The position numbers and the translations under genes were made by a program. Under the pieces are notes generated by a model, which did no database searches, was not told the origin of the DNA, and was given only the letters and a program-made list of their open reading frames with translations. DNA of 64,000 bases from Proteromonas lacertae (taxonomy: Eukaryota): the NCBI GenBank assembly GCA_002245135.1, contig NGBS01001188.1:1-64000 (forward strand). Direction: 5' to 3'. Positions 48,501 through 62,656 of this stretch are shown piece by piece; within the stretch, counting starts at the first letter, position 1; each line of letters begins with the position of its first letter.

Positions 48501-51500
48501 CTGTTTATGTGAGTGTATTGAGAAATGAAGTGAAATGTGATTATGGATTTGAATCAATCAATTTATTTGAGATGGAATATGATTTGAGATTGAAATGTAA
48601 TATTCAACCATTTGTAAGTAAAATAGAAAATTTACCTAGTGGATTGAAATATGGTAATAATGGGAGAATAACAGGCCGAATAACCGATGTAAGTAAAGAA
48701 ATAACAACGAGAGTGATTCTTCAATCTAATAAAGAGTTTGATATAACAATAGAATGGAAAAAAGGAGGTAGTTTAGAAAAAGGATTAGAATTTGTATTAT
48801 GGAGTAGATCAGAACAAGATGGAATGACTGTTGATAATGATTTTAAAAGTAAAAGTTTAAATGAAATGTGGTTAAAATTTGAAAATGGTTATTATGATGT
48901 AAAAGATCCAATGACAATAACAAATGCAGAAATTACATATTCTAATACTGCGCCTTCATGTTTAACAGATTATTGGATTCCATGTCAAAGAGTTGTAGCA
49001 AGAATAAGAGGTTATTTATATATTGATGAAGAAGGTGATTATGTATTATCTGGAAAATCTGATGATAGTCAAAAATTTGCTTATGGAAATTTTGAAGTAG
49101 AAAGATATACAACAAATAATTGGGATGATGAAATAGACTTTCCAATTCATTTAGCCAAAGGATATCACACCGTTGGATATTTATCATGGGGTGGAGATTA
49201 TGGAAATGGTTTTATAGCAAATTACAAAAAGTCAGGAGGAAGTAAGTCAAATATTAATAATATAATGTTTAGTGGTGGATTTCTATTAACTCATTTATCA
49301 TATGGAGTTAATACAATAATATATGAAAAAGGAGTGAGTAAAACATTAATACCATCTTATGAAGGATATCCATCAAAATGGTCAATGAATCCTTCAATAG
49401 CTGGTTTAAGTTTGAGATTAGATGGAGCATTAATTGGATTTCCAACAACATGTGATAATGAGTTTAAATCAATTGAGATAAGTTCGAATGGTGAAATTGA
49501 TATTTCAAAAACAAATATTCAAATAATCTGTTATAATGAAAATGACAAATTGAATAAAATAAATGGATTATTAGTGAAATATTATACTGCGAGTAGTGTG
49601 AAAATTGATGTATTTGAAGAACCAGAATCAGCTGTTGATTCAAAATTGATGTTAGAAAGAATAGAAACTTCATCATTATTCCTTTCAAAGAATGAAGAAT
49701 TATGGAATCATTTATTTATAGCAGATTATGTAGGATATTTATATATAGAAAGAAGTGGAAGTTATAAACTGAGATTGAAATGTTATGACTATTGTAAAAT
49801 GATATTAGGATCTGATATAGTGTTTGAAGGAATAGGAAGTGGTTTACATGAAATAGATAAAGCAATGGAATTAACAAACCAACTATACAAATTAAGAATA
49901 GTTTATAGCAAAAGTGGAAATGATAATATGAAAGAATTAGAATTATTATATGAAGAAGATGGATTATATAAATCAATTCCAAAAGAATGGTATTACACTG
50001 ATCAACCATATCCATTCATTTATTCATCAATAAATAGTAAATATTACATTAATGATGAAATATCAAATACAATAATTAATCAAAATGTTGTATTAGAAGG
50101 ATATAAATATTCAATTGAACCATCATTACCAATTGGATTATCAATATCTGAATTGACAGGTGAAATCTCAGGAGTAGTAAGTGAAATAGACAAACAGAAA
50201 GCTTATACAATAACAGCTGAGAAAGATTCCTCAAAATATTATTCAGAAATAATAATGGAAGTAAATGAACAAGTAAAACCACAAATTGCATATCCAAATA
50301 ATGGTTTGAGAGGAATAGTTGGTAATAGTATTACATTATCACCATCCTCATCCAATGTAGTATGTGATATATTATCTATATTAACACCAATTGAGAGTAT
50401 ATCTATTGATTCACAAGGTGTTATAACAGGTAGAAGTGATGAACCATATTCTGGAACAATGCAAGTAAAATGTACAACTTATAATACAATGACTATTGAT
50501 GTGAAAATTGAAATAGCTTGTGGTGAAGGAGAAGACTTTCTAATAATGGATTATTTAATCAAAAGTCAACCAGAGAGTGTGGAATCTAGAAATATTGAAT
50601 GGAGAAAGATCAATATATTCATCTTCAAGTGAAAAATCATTAGAAGCTGATAAGATTTATACATTTATGAAATGTATTACAAAAGAGAATAATCAATTAA
50701 AAATAACCTCAAATTCCTATTTAGGTGGTTGGTATAAATTGTTTTATGAAAATCGAAATATGTTTAAATATTCCTCATTCTTCAGAGATGAAACACTTGC
50801 AATTAATATGATTCATTCAAGTAATAAACCAGAATTAAGTTACGAATCAAGCTTATTTGAATTGAGCAATGAAATCTATTATGAGTTTTATCCATCAATT
50901 AAAAATGGAGGAAAGATATTTGAAATAACAAATGAAGATAATTTACCAGTTGGAATGAAATTTGATAAAGAAAGTGGTTTAATATCTGGAATTCCAACAG
51001 AACCATCTGAATCAAAACAAATCAAAATAAGAGTGAAGAATATGCCAAGTGGAGAAGTGAGTGATGAATTAACATTGACATTTTCAAGTGATGTTTGTAA
51101 GAAAGTATTCTTTGAAGTAAATTTATTCATTCGAAGTGGTGATGAAGGATTTATAACATACAAGATGAAGAATGGAGAAAAAGAAATTCAATTATTTGAT
51201 AAGAAAGTTGGTGAGAATAAGAAATATTTCTGTGAAGATGGAAGAACATATGAATTGAGTTTAGGAAGCACAGGAAATGAAATATGGGAATATAGTGAAA
51301 TGAGATTACAAATATTACATGATGGAGTAGTGTTATTTAGAGGAAGAAATATGGATGGAAAAAGTGAATCTACAGTGAAAATAAATACAAAAAATCTAAT
51401 TCCATTTAAAAATCCAATGAAATATAGTGAAGAAATTCAACAAAATAATGATTGGAATGAATTATCCTATGATTCAAGTAAATGGATAAGTGTGAATGAT

Positions 51501-54500
51501 TTACCCTCATTTAATGCTGATAAATTGGTGAGATATTATATTGAATCATTTGAATTTAATGAAGATGTAAGTGATTTATCAATGTTTTATTTATCATTTA
51601 CATTTTCAAATGGAGGAATTCGAATGTTTATGAATGGAATAGAATTTTACAATAAATATTTACCAAAAGAAGTGAGAAGTGAAACAGTAGGAAATTCTTA
51701 TACAAAGAGTGAAAGAAAATATTTTGTAACAGCTCCAATAACATTATTAGATAAGAATGGAAATAATATTCTGGGAATAGAATTTCATAAATCTGATAAA
51801 AGTTCAACCGAAATAGATGAATTTAAAATAAATGAAATGTATTTATTATCTGGAATAGATAAATGTTATTTTGATAAATATAGCTATTTTGAAGTTGGAA
51901 GAGTAAGTGAGCAATATCCATCACTTGATGGAGAAAAAGTTGAAAATGCTTTTAATTATATTTTAGACAATAATAAGAAAGCATCATGGAGTGAAACATC
52001 TCCTTTATATTTTCAATATTCATTCTATCCTGAAGAATCAAGATGGTTTAATGGATTACAATATCGAACAGGTGATAATGCCAATCGTCTGGTCAAAACA
52101 TTTGAAACATATGGAATTAAAACCTATTCAAATGAAGCTGATACTGAATTAATGAAATTATTTGATTATTCTGATACTACAACCAAAAGATTAGTTTCTG
52201 GTTTTAAATCACAATACTTTTCATTAGGAAGTGAAAATTCCCTATCATTCAATGGAATTAGAATTAAGATAAATGAAGGTGGATCTGAAGGTGTAGATAC
52301 AGGTGGTGTTTATCCATATAGTTGTCGATTATCCTGTTTTACAGATGGAGAATGGAAATCTGTTGCATATGGAGAATATAGAAAAATCAAATGTGGAGTT
52401 TTACCAAATGCATTTATAACCCGAAAATGTGGAGATAATGGAGAATGGGAAGAAAAAATAGATGATAGTAGTTGTGGAAAGAAATGTCAAGTGAGATTTT
52501 ATAATAAGCTAGTCGAAACATATCAAGGTAGATATGCTGAAATAAAATGTCCAAATAGAGAAAATAAGAAATGGAGAGGATATTGTCCATTTGCAGAATC
52601 ACCAGAATTTATTGATATAATAGATGAATGTGTTAATATTAAATATCCAGATAATTATGTTACTCAAAGTGGAAAAGAAGTCAATATAACTCCAGAAATA
52701 TCAGAAAATGGACCAAAATTATCATTTAGTATAGAATCTGGTTATAGCATTTTTGAGATAGATTCATCAACAGGTGTTATAAGTGGAAGAATTCCATCTG
52801 ATATATTAGAAGGAAAAGAATATGGAATAGTAATAACAGTAATGCCATTTGATGAAAAATATATAATAACGATTAAAATAAAAGAAGAATCAAATAATGA
52901 AGAATTTTTGAAATTGATAAGTGAAGGAAATGAAATAGCTGAAATAACCAAAACATATAAAATTGATATGAGTAAATGGAAAATTCCTGAATCTTTATCA
53001 TTCAAGAAATTAACGACACTTGGTGATTATTCAGTGATAATGAAGAATTATATAAAAGAAAATGAGAATAATATATTGAGTTTATTTGGTTTATTAGAAG
53101 ATAAAAGAATAGAACATTTACATTTGATAATCGAATCTTATGATGGAAAAGAGAATAATCCATTACTTAAAACCTCAAATGATGGAATATTTTTAGAATT
53201 GAAAAATTGTTATCTGTATGATGTAAAATTGAAATTAAATCCAAATATCGAAATGAATCAAGATGAAGATAAAACATTTGGATTATTAAGCAACTCAATG
53301 GAGAATATGATAATGATTCATGTCGGAATCTATTTTGAAGGAAAGATCTCAATAAATTCAATGAATTATATCTCAACATTTGGTTTAATAAGTGGAATGA
53401 TAAAGAATAAAGAGGGAAAAGAAGTGAGTGGATTATTTGTGAAAGGAAATGAATATAGTTTTACATCTACCAGAAATGATAATAATCATGTAGTTCATGA
53501 AGGTTTAATGTTTGGATCAAGTGATAATTTGATAATTTCATACAGTTATAGTGATATAAATATTCATGGTAATATAGATAATAAATTGGAACATAGTCAG
53601 CTAGTCTTGACATGTAGCTCATTACTACAACAACATCATCATATTATGAAGTTGTTATCGATGTTTTGTTATTGTTAGAGAAATCGTGAATATTAAATCA
53701 GATAGTTGGACATTCTTTAGTCCATTTGTTTGCCGTGGAAATAATCCAGTTTACATAGATGAATGTTGGAGTGATATAAAATTTGGTAAATTAGATGGAA
53801 CAATGGATGTTATAGGATTTAGAGGTCATTTTGAAGATGATGGTAGTGATGCAAAGTTGGAATTATTTAACAGTTATAATAACTGGGAATTTACACAATC
53901 AACAATTGATGAAGTAAAAATAAATTGTTTAGCAAGATATTCAACCAGTAGTACAATAATGAAGAATGTATATGTTTCAATATCAGTTAATTCTGATGAA
54001 ATAACAGTTAATAGAATGGTAAAAATAGGTGAAGGAAATAGTCCAGATGTAATTAATAATGTATATATTCAAAGACCAAATAGAATTGATGTAGATGGAA
54101 TAGATTTAATAAAACTACTTGATGAAACATCTGATATAAAAGAAAAACCATATAAATATTTGAATGGATTTTATATAAATAAAGAAAAATCAAGATTATA
54201 TTATTCCATATTACCTCAATATGATGGAAGTAGAATAATTGATGAGTATGGAATATTAGAGAATGTTGATATAACATTTGATGAAAATAATAATCCATTT
54301 TATGCCAAAGGCAAATCAATTTGGTATAGAAATGAGATAAATTTAAATATAATATACAAAGATAATATGAAAGATAGTTATAAGTTATATTTATTATTAA
54401 AAGAAGGAAATGAAGAAATTAACGTCTCAATAAGTGAAAATGAGTGTATAACTGTAGGAGACGAAACAACAGTGAAAAGTTGGTCAAGTATTGATTCATC

Positions 54501-57500
54501 TGTTAATTCAATTACTCAAACACTGAATAAAGATTCATGTAGTTTAAAAGCATATAATAAATTCAATTATGATATAAATGGAATAACAAATGATAAATCT
54601 GAAATAATCGAAATAATAAATGCTGAAATAGAACCAGAATATGAAACTGATTTAAAAGAGAATATCGATTTAGAGAGTGAATTTTATATTCAATTCTCAT
54701 TACCATATCCATCTAAAATAGAATTAACCAAAGTAACAAATAAAGATACAAATGAAGTAGGCAATGGTTTAATAACTGTAGAAGGAGAAGTTGAAATGAA
54801 ATATGAATTGAATAATTATTTATACAAAATGAAATTGAAAAGTGGAAATGTTTTAATTCCAACCAATGTTGAATTTATATTAAAAGTGATATTTGATTAT
54901 AATGGAAATAAAAACAAAGAAATAGAATATACAATCAAAACAATTATTCAACCAATATGTGCAAGTTCATTTAAATATCCAGAGAAGAAGAATGTAATGA
55001 TAATAGGTAAAGAAATAAATATATCTCCTGAATATGAAGGCTATGGAGGTATATTTTCAATCATAGATGATTCAATAAAATCAAAATTAGAATCTTATGG
55101 AATTACATTTGATGAAAAGACTGGAAAATTATCTGGAAAAGCAAATTCAATATTTGCTGAAATAGAGATAGAAGTAAAAATGAAGAATAATAAATATGAA
55201 TCAACCACAAAATTATCAATAGAAGTAATATATCCAAAACCGAGTGAATTAGAATATAAAGACGAATATAATGTATTGACAGTAGGAATAGAAGTAAGAA
55301 TAGAACCATTAAAATGGGATAAATCAGTTGATGCCAAATTTTCATATGAATCATCAATGAAATTAGAAGATTATAATTTAAGATTGAATGTTGAAAATGG
55401 TATAATAAGTGGAATTCCAAGTAAAGATTTAGCTAAATCAACTGATGTGAAAATAATCTTGAAGAATAAAGCTGGAAGTATATCATTTCCATTGAAACTG
55501 ATGATAGAAAAAGAACCTGATTATTCTTTTAATCGATTAATAAAATCTGATGTAAAATCAATCATATTAGAAAGATCTTATGTTGTTGATATGAAATATT
55601 GGGAAATACCAAAAGATATAAAATGGAGTTTATTAGAAGGTAAAAATGAAGAAACAAGAATCACAATCGAATGTCGAAATTCCAATGAAATTCAATTATT
55701 TAATGAATTGGATGGTGTGGTTCTAAAACATTTGAGATTTGTTATAAAACTAAAAGGAGATATTAATGGAATGAGTGCAATATCAATAAAATCTAATTCG
55801 ATGTTTAAATCCATGTCAAACAGTTATTTGTATGATATAGAAGTGAAAATAGAAAATGATTTAACATTTGAAACAGTTAATAATGATGAGAATATAAATG
55901 GATTATTATTGAATTCCATAATAGATTCAACTTTATTACATGTTGGAATAATAAGTTCAAAAGAAATGATAATCAAAACTACTGGTAATGAAATGAAATT
56001 TGGTTTAATAAGTGGAAAATTGTATAATAATATAAATGTAAATAAAGTAGTGAGTGGATTGTTTATAAAGTTGAATAAATATTCCTTTGAATCAACAAAT
56101 GGTAATATGAAAAGTGGTTTATTATTTGGTGAAGTAAAAGATAAAAGATTATTTTATAGTTATATTGATGTAAATGAAATGAATTTGAATGTTAAAAATG
56201 GAATTCATAGTTTGATGATTGGAAATAGTGATAGTGATTATGAAATAAGTAAAAGTTTTGTAATAGTGAGAAATTCTTTGAATATAAATAATTATGAAGA
56301 TGTTGAAATTAATGTTTATAATGGAAATGAAAATATAAAAATGAAAGAATGTTTCAGTGATATAAAAATAGGTGAAATGAAAGGATTATATTCATCATCA
56401 TTATTAACAATGAATATGAATGGAAAAGAACTTGTTAATAGTTATAACTATATTGAAATAATGAAAGATATTCCAAATAATGTGAAAATATATTTAATAT
56501 CCAAAGATTCCATTTCATCAATTATTAACATCTTCATATCAATAAGTAAATCAGAAAATGTTAAAATCAATGATGATGTTATAATAACAATGAATAGTAA
56601 ATCTGTTGGTGAAATTGAAAATGTATATATTGAAAAATCTAAAGATGTAAAAATAAAGAATGATGAAAATAAGATTGAATTGATTGATGATAAATCTGAT
56701 GTGAAAGAAAAGCCATATAAATATTTGAATGGATTTTATGTGAAGAATGATAGATTCTATTATTCAAAAATGCCTAGATATGAGAATGGAAGAATAATTG
56801 ATGAATATAGAATATTAGAGAATGTTGATATAACATTTGATGAAAATAATAATCCAAAATATAGCAAATCAAATGATATATTGTATTTGAGTGATATTCC
56901 ATTATCAAGAATATACAAAGATTACATTCCTGATGATGGATTTAATCTTCATTTATTATCAAAAGAAAATGAGAATAAAATATCAATTGATGTAAAACCA
57001 TCTTGTTTTAAAATAGATAAAGATTTCATACTGGAAATCAATACATTAGAATCAATAAACAATATAAAAATATCAGAAGATTGTTTAACTGGAATGTCAA
57101 ATCATATTGAATTGAAAATAACATCAAATGAAAAGACAATAATAATTCCAATGAATATAATTGATATTAGTAAAGAAGCTGTTATAAAAACAGAACCAGA
57201 AATAATTGAAGAGAATTCTCAATTCTATTTGATATTTGATGATATTACATGTAATGCAACCAGTTTGAAAGGAAAATCTGAAATAATGAGTTTAAATAAT
57301 AATATAGAAATCAATGATGAAATCGATAATACTTATAGTAAAATTGAAATTTCAATAAGTAAAATTTCCACAACTAATCAATATTATGATAAAACCGAAG
57401 AAATATGTTTGGATTATTATTTTAATGGATATGAAGAAATGAAGAATAGATGTATGAATTTCACAATAAGAATTGAACATAAATTCCAACCAACTCTTCC

Positions 57501-60251
57501 TCCTCCTCCTTTAATATTAACTGAATTACCATCTTATCATATTGAAATAGTGGAGACAATAAATGAAATAATACCTGATTCAATCTGTACAGTTCAAAGC
57601 ATGAATGAAGAAGCAAAAGAATTGAATTTCAAACCATCTATAAAGAATCACATACAAATTGAAAATACAATTCTAAAAGATAAAGCAATCAATTTAAATT
57701 CAATTCCATTTGCAACAGAATCTTTAACATCTGAATTTACTTCCAAAATCTTAGCAGAATCAGAGAATGAAGTTATTTCGTTTAGTGAATCTTATTCAAT
57801 GATAATGGAAAAATATGAAATACCAACAATCAACAATATATATAAGAATAGATTTTGGAAATAACAAATTGAATTTACAATTTTCAATATATAAATTAAG
57901 AGAAAGATTATTGAATGAAGAAGATAAAAATAAATATTCAATGAGATTATTTGGTGATTTGAATAATGTGATAATTGAAAATGCTGAAATCAATATTTAT
58001 ATGAAAGAAAATACAAATGAGATAGTAATAAGAGAATGTGGAATATTTGGTTCATTAAAGAATTCAATATTAAAGAATATAAGATTAAAATTCTTGAACA
58101 ATATTCGATTTGATTGTAATTTTAATTCGACATTTAATGGCTTAATCAGTGGTAAAAGTGAAAATGTGACATTTGAGAATGTTGAAATAGAGTTTTATAA
58201 AGATAACATCAGAACCTTGGCAATCGAGAATCAAGATTCAAACATATTTGGAATGATAGTTGGTGTTGGAAATGATATAAGAATGATAAATTGTTTTGTA
58301 TTTGGTGATATAATGACAGTGATAAATAATGGAAATAATACCAAAGGCAATAGTAGTATATTTGGTGGATTAATAGGAAAATGTGAAGGAAGTTGTGAAA
58401 TAGATAAATCTTATATTCAAGTGAATAATATTCTATTGTATCAAAGTATGATATTTGGTGGATTAATTGGTTCATTAGAGAATGATAATGGTGAAATGAA
58501 AATAATAGAATCATTTGTATATATTGAAGATGGTTTAAGAATAGGAGTAGATAAAAATCAAAAAGAATTTGTTTATGGTAGTTTAATTGGTGATTCCAAC
58601 ATATGTAAAGTATTGATAGATAATAGTTGGGCAATATTCATAACAATGGGAATAGAAATAAACACAACAAATACTAATTTTGGTGGAATGATAGGACGAA
58701 TAGGTGATATTAGTGTTGAAAATACAATAACCATAACAAATTCTTCAATTCAAATGCCAATTGGTCATAATACATTTATATTCAGAAAAGGAAAAGATGA
58801 AATAGAAGAATCTCCAAATATTGGATTTATATTTGGAACAAATATAACAGAAAATAAATCTTATAGATTAGATCATACAATGGCTTATATAGAATCATGT
58901 AATAGTAGTAGTGAATTCTATTGTATTTCTCCACAAATGTATTATCAACCAAAAGGAAAATATCCATATATTCCTCTAAAAAGAGTATTATCTCCAACAG
59001 AATATAATTATTGTGGTGGATCTGGAGCATTAAGATCAGGTGGTGTATTTGTAACTCTTGAAGCTCAAGGAAATGATTTCTGTAACTCATTAGGTAAAAC
59101 AACATGTGAAGGATATAATGGAATATGTTATGATGATTTATCTTATAGTCCATGTAAATTACCAAAAGAAAGAAGTGAATTAAGATTATCAAAAGATCCA
59201 ATATATATCTCATCAAGTAAATTATTATGTCCAAATAACTGTTCAAAACATGGAGTATGTGTATATGGAGAATGTCGATGTTATCCTGGTTTTACTTCAT
59301 TTGATTGTAAATATCGAAGTTGTCCATTTGGAAGTCCAATATCTAATCCATCAAATGAATATGATAAAGATGATCGATTATATTATGAATGTTCAAATCA
59401 AGGAAGATGTAATAGTGAGAATGGATTATGTGAATGTTATAGTGGATTTGAAGGAAATGCTTGTCAAAGAACGAAATGTGCAAATGAATGTTCAAATCAT
59501 GGAATATGTATGACATTAAATGAAGTTGAATTAAGTAAAGAAAAAGGAAATATAAATGATAATGATGAAAACAATTATGATATAAATTATATAAAGAAAT
59601 ATGAGAAATGGGATAAAGAATCAATTCAAGTATGTGTTTGTGATAAAGAATATCGAGGAGTTGATTGTTCAATTCGAAAATGTCCTTATGGATATTTGAG
59701 TGAAAGTGAATGTGATTCTGTTGCTCAAAGTGAAATAACAATTACATATTCTCAAACAACATCTAAAATTTCCACAATTGATGATAAAGTATATGTGAAA
59801 ATATACAGATCCATTTAATCGAGTATGGTTTACAAAGAGTTTTAGTATAAGTTCAAGTGAAGAATGGTTAAATGCTTTAGGATCATTACCTCCAGAAACA
59901 TTATCAATAGATGAATTAACAGCTAATAATGGTGGAAATGAAATAATAATTCATATTATATTCTCAAAACATCAAACAGGAAGACAATATCCAATCCAGA
60001 TAATTGGAAGTAAAGAAATAAAAGAAATTCCAGAATTGAAAGATAAAAAGAATGGATATTATCATTGGATAAATCCAAATTTGAATAATATTCTTAATAC
60101 TGAAAATGGAATATTTAAATATGAAATGGATTATACTCAAAGATCATCTGAATGTAGTAATAATGGAATTTGTAATACAAAGAGTGGAATATGCAATTGT
60201 TTTGATGGTTTTAGTGGAATATCTTGTTCTGAAGTGAATGAAAGTTATTAA
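45502..60251 (+). CDS. Giant secreted multidomain protein (~4900 codons): galactose-binding-like jelly rolls, F5/8-like, PA14-like, He_PIG-type Ig repeats, GLUG-like region, C-terminal mastigoneme-type EGF module; about a dozen frame breaks
   Basis: Signal-like MNYFFIFFLSICINS. YYRTKF..YTDGLIVYVNGIEI..IGIEIH three times; ARIRGYLYIDEEGDY..SDD and ADYVGYLYIERSGSYKLRL (PA14-like); LPxGL..TGEISG/SGLISGIP Ig repeats; FGGLIG repeats; CPNNCSKHG..ECSNQGRC..CSNHGIC..ECSNNGIC. ORFs abut on one strand and no introns were recognised. Confidence 0.8.
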
Positions 60252-61266
60252 ATATTATTGATTATATTATTATTATCTTATATAAATCATTTATCTTGTA
60301 TTGTCCTTTTCTATAACATAATAGAATGAATCTAAGATTAATCTTCGATTGAGTTTGATTCTATTTGTTTCTATTGTTTTATTGCTTTTATACCTGTTAC
60401 TATGACTTTTCACCAGAATCCCTTACTGTAATATGTTTTATTGTAGACATGAACAATTTTGATTATTTTTTATTTCTTATTCTCATATATACACTCTCTT
60501 TTCTATTTTTATATAAACACTTTATATCATACAAATTATGAGTTTATAAAAACAAAATAAATAACATATATATCCATTCATGTTTTTATTATTCTATCTA
60601 TGCTTAATGATGATTTAAAGAGAAAAATTAAAAATGATGAAAGAAACGGCTAAATATTTATAAATAGAAAAGTATTTTTGCTAAATTTACTTGTAAATGA
60701 TGTATTATGATGATAGTTAATAGATGATCGTGAAGTATGGTGATGGTTTTATTATTACAGAATGATTAAATGCAGAAAGAAACATATTTCAAGTGTAATT
60801 CATACTAGACTTGCATGATGATAATATGAAGATGTCTAAATGATATGTAAATTAATAATGATATGATTTGTTAGTAATTATGATGATAACCTGAAATTGT
60901 TAATTTGTGTAAGATGGTGTGAGAATATGAATGATCAAATATTCTATTTAAGATGTATTAAAATTAGAGTATAATATGTGTTATTTTTGTAAAGTAAATA
61001 ATTTGTTAAGACATTTTGATTATCTATACCATTTCTTCAATGTTATTGGAAAAATAACACCTATAATTACGTAACATTCAATTAAGATGAAAAATACAAA
61101 AACAGGTCGAAATTATTCTGAATCATTATCTGTTGCATATAGTAGTGTAGAATAATTAGTAGAAGAACTTTTGTATTGTTTAATTTTCTTATGTTTTATA
61201 TAGGTGAAAAGAAGAAGGTTATAAAAGAAGTACTTATTGCAAATATGTAATTATAGGTTCATTTGG

Positions 61267-62336
61267 TAATAATATTGACAGGTTATGGTGCTTTAAATAA
61301 GTTAATGGGTAAAACAGTTTATACTTCAAATAATCAATTAGGTGGTTCAAGTATAATGTATAGCAATGGTCTATCTCATTTGGTAGTAAATAATGATTTA
61401 GAAGGTGTAGAAAAAGTAATTGAATGGTTAGAATTTGTTCCAAAAACCAAAGAAGATCAATTAGTTCCATATATTTTGAATGATAAAATTGAAAGAGAAA
61501 TAGAATATGAAATTCCCTCAATTCCATCAGATCCTCGTTTAATGTTAACTGGTGTAGAAACAGAATCAGGTTTTAAAAGTGGATTCTTTGATAAAGATAC
61601 TTTTATAGAAACATTAGGAGGTTGGGCAAAGACTGTAATATGTGGAAGAGCGAGATTAGGTGGATATGCATGTGCTATAATTGCAACAGAAAATCGTACA
61701 ATTGACTGTATAATCCCAGCTGATCCAGCTACACTTCAATCACAAGAATAAATAATCCATCAAGCTGGTGGAGTATGGTATCCAGATAGTGCATTTAAAA
61801 CAGCAACAGCTATTAATGATTTTAATAGTGAGAATTTACCATTATTTATATTTGCGAATTGGCGAGGCTTTAGTGGTGGTGATCATGATATGTTTGAAGA
61901 AATCTTGAAATATGGTTCTCAAATAGTTGATGCTCTTGTTCATTATAAATATCCAATTATAATTTATTTACCACCACATAGTGAATTAAGAGGTGGAGCT
62001 TGGGTGGTATTAGATTCAACAATTAACAGTGATATGATTGAAATGTATGCTGACACATCGTCAAGAGGTGGAGTATTAGAACCAGCTGGTACAACTGAGA
62101 TAAAATATCGTATTGGTGATATATTGAAAACAGCTCATCGTTTAGATAAAACTTTACAAGAATATGATTTAGAATTATGTAATAATACAGAATTGAAAGA
62201 AGAAGAAAAGAAAGTGATATTAGAAAAGATAAAAAGTCGTGAAGAGCTATTATTAACTACTTATAGACATATCGCAGAATCATTTGCTGATTTACATGAT
62301 ACTCTAGGTAGAATGTGTGAGAAAGGAGCAATAAAT
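61267..62336 (+). pseudogene. ACC: Acetyl-CoA carboxylase carboxyltransferase fragment, truncated at both ends, with an in-frame stop
   Basis: IILTGYGALNKLMG, SNNQLGG, GFFDKDTF, WAKTVICGRARLGG, IPADPA, QAGGVWYPDSAFKTA, FANWRGFSGG, ELRGGAWVV, RGGVLEP and FADLHDT. TAA at 61749-61751. No ACC sequence upstream, and homology stops after KGAI. Confidence 0.9.
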
Positions 62337-62656
62337 AGTCGTTTTAATGGTATTAGAAAGAAGTTTATAACGAAGAATGTAGAATCCAATGCTAGTGAAG
62401 ACACTAAAACATCAATTGATAGTCTTTTTAATGTTGTTAATCATTTAAATAAGAATTCAATGGAAGTTAATATTGTTAATATAAGAAATGCTTTAAGAAA
62501 GAAATTTACATTTCAATAATTAAAATTATTGTTATTATTATTTCCAGATTTTCATTTTTTTTGTTATTAAATTTACTCTTTTTTCTTTTTTAAATTAATT
62601 CAAAAAAAACAAATAAAAATGTTTAAGTGAAGATTTATTAATAAAATGGTAATAAA

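Noticed and set aside
60252..61260. About 1 kb gene-free AT-rich stretch
   Set aside because: No supportable ORF, repeat, tRNA or structure found by eye; it may be decayed sequence.
61749..61751. TAA reassigned to Gln (ciliate-like code)
   Set aside because: TAA, TAG and TGA all terminate conserved genes here, and long ORFs are open under the standard code; this is one stop in a truncated fragment.
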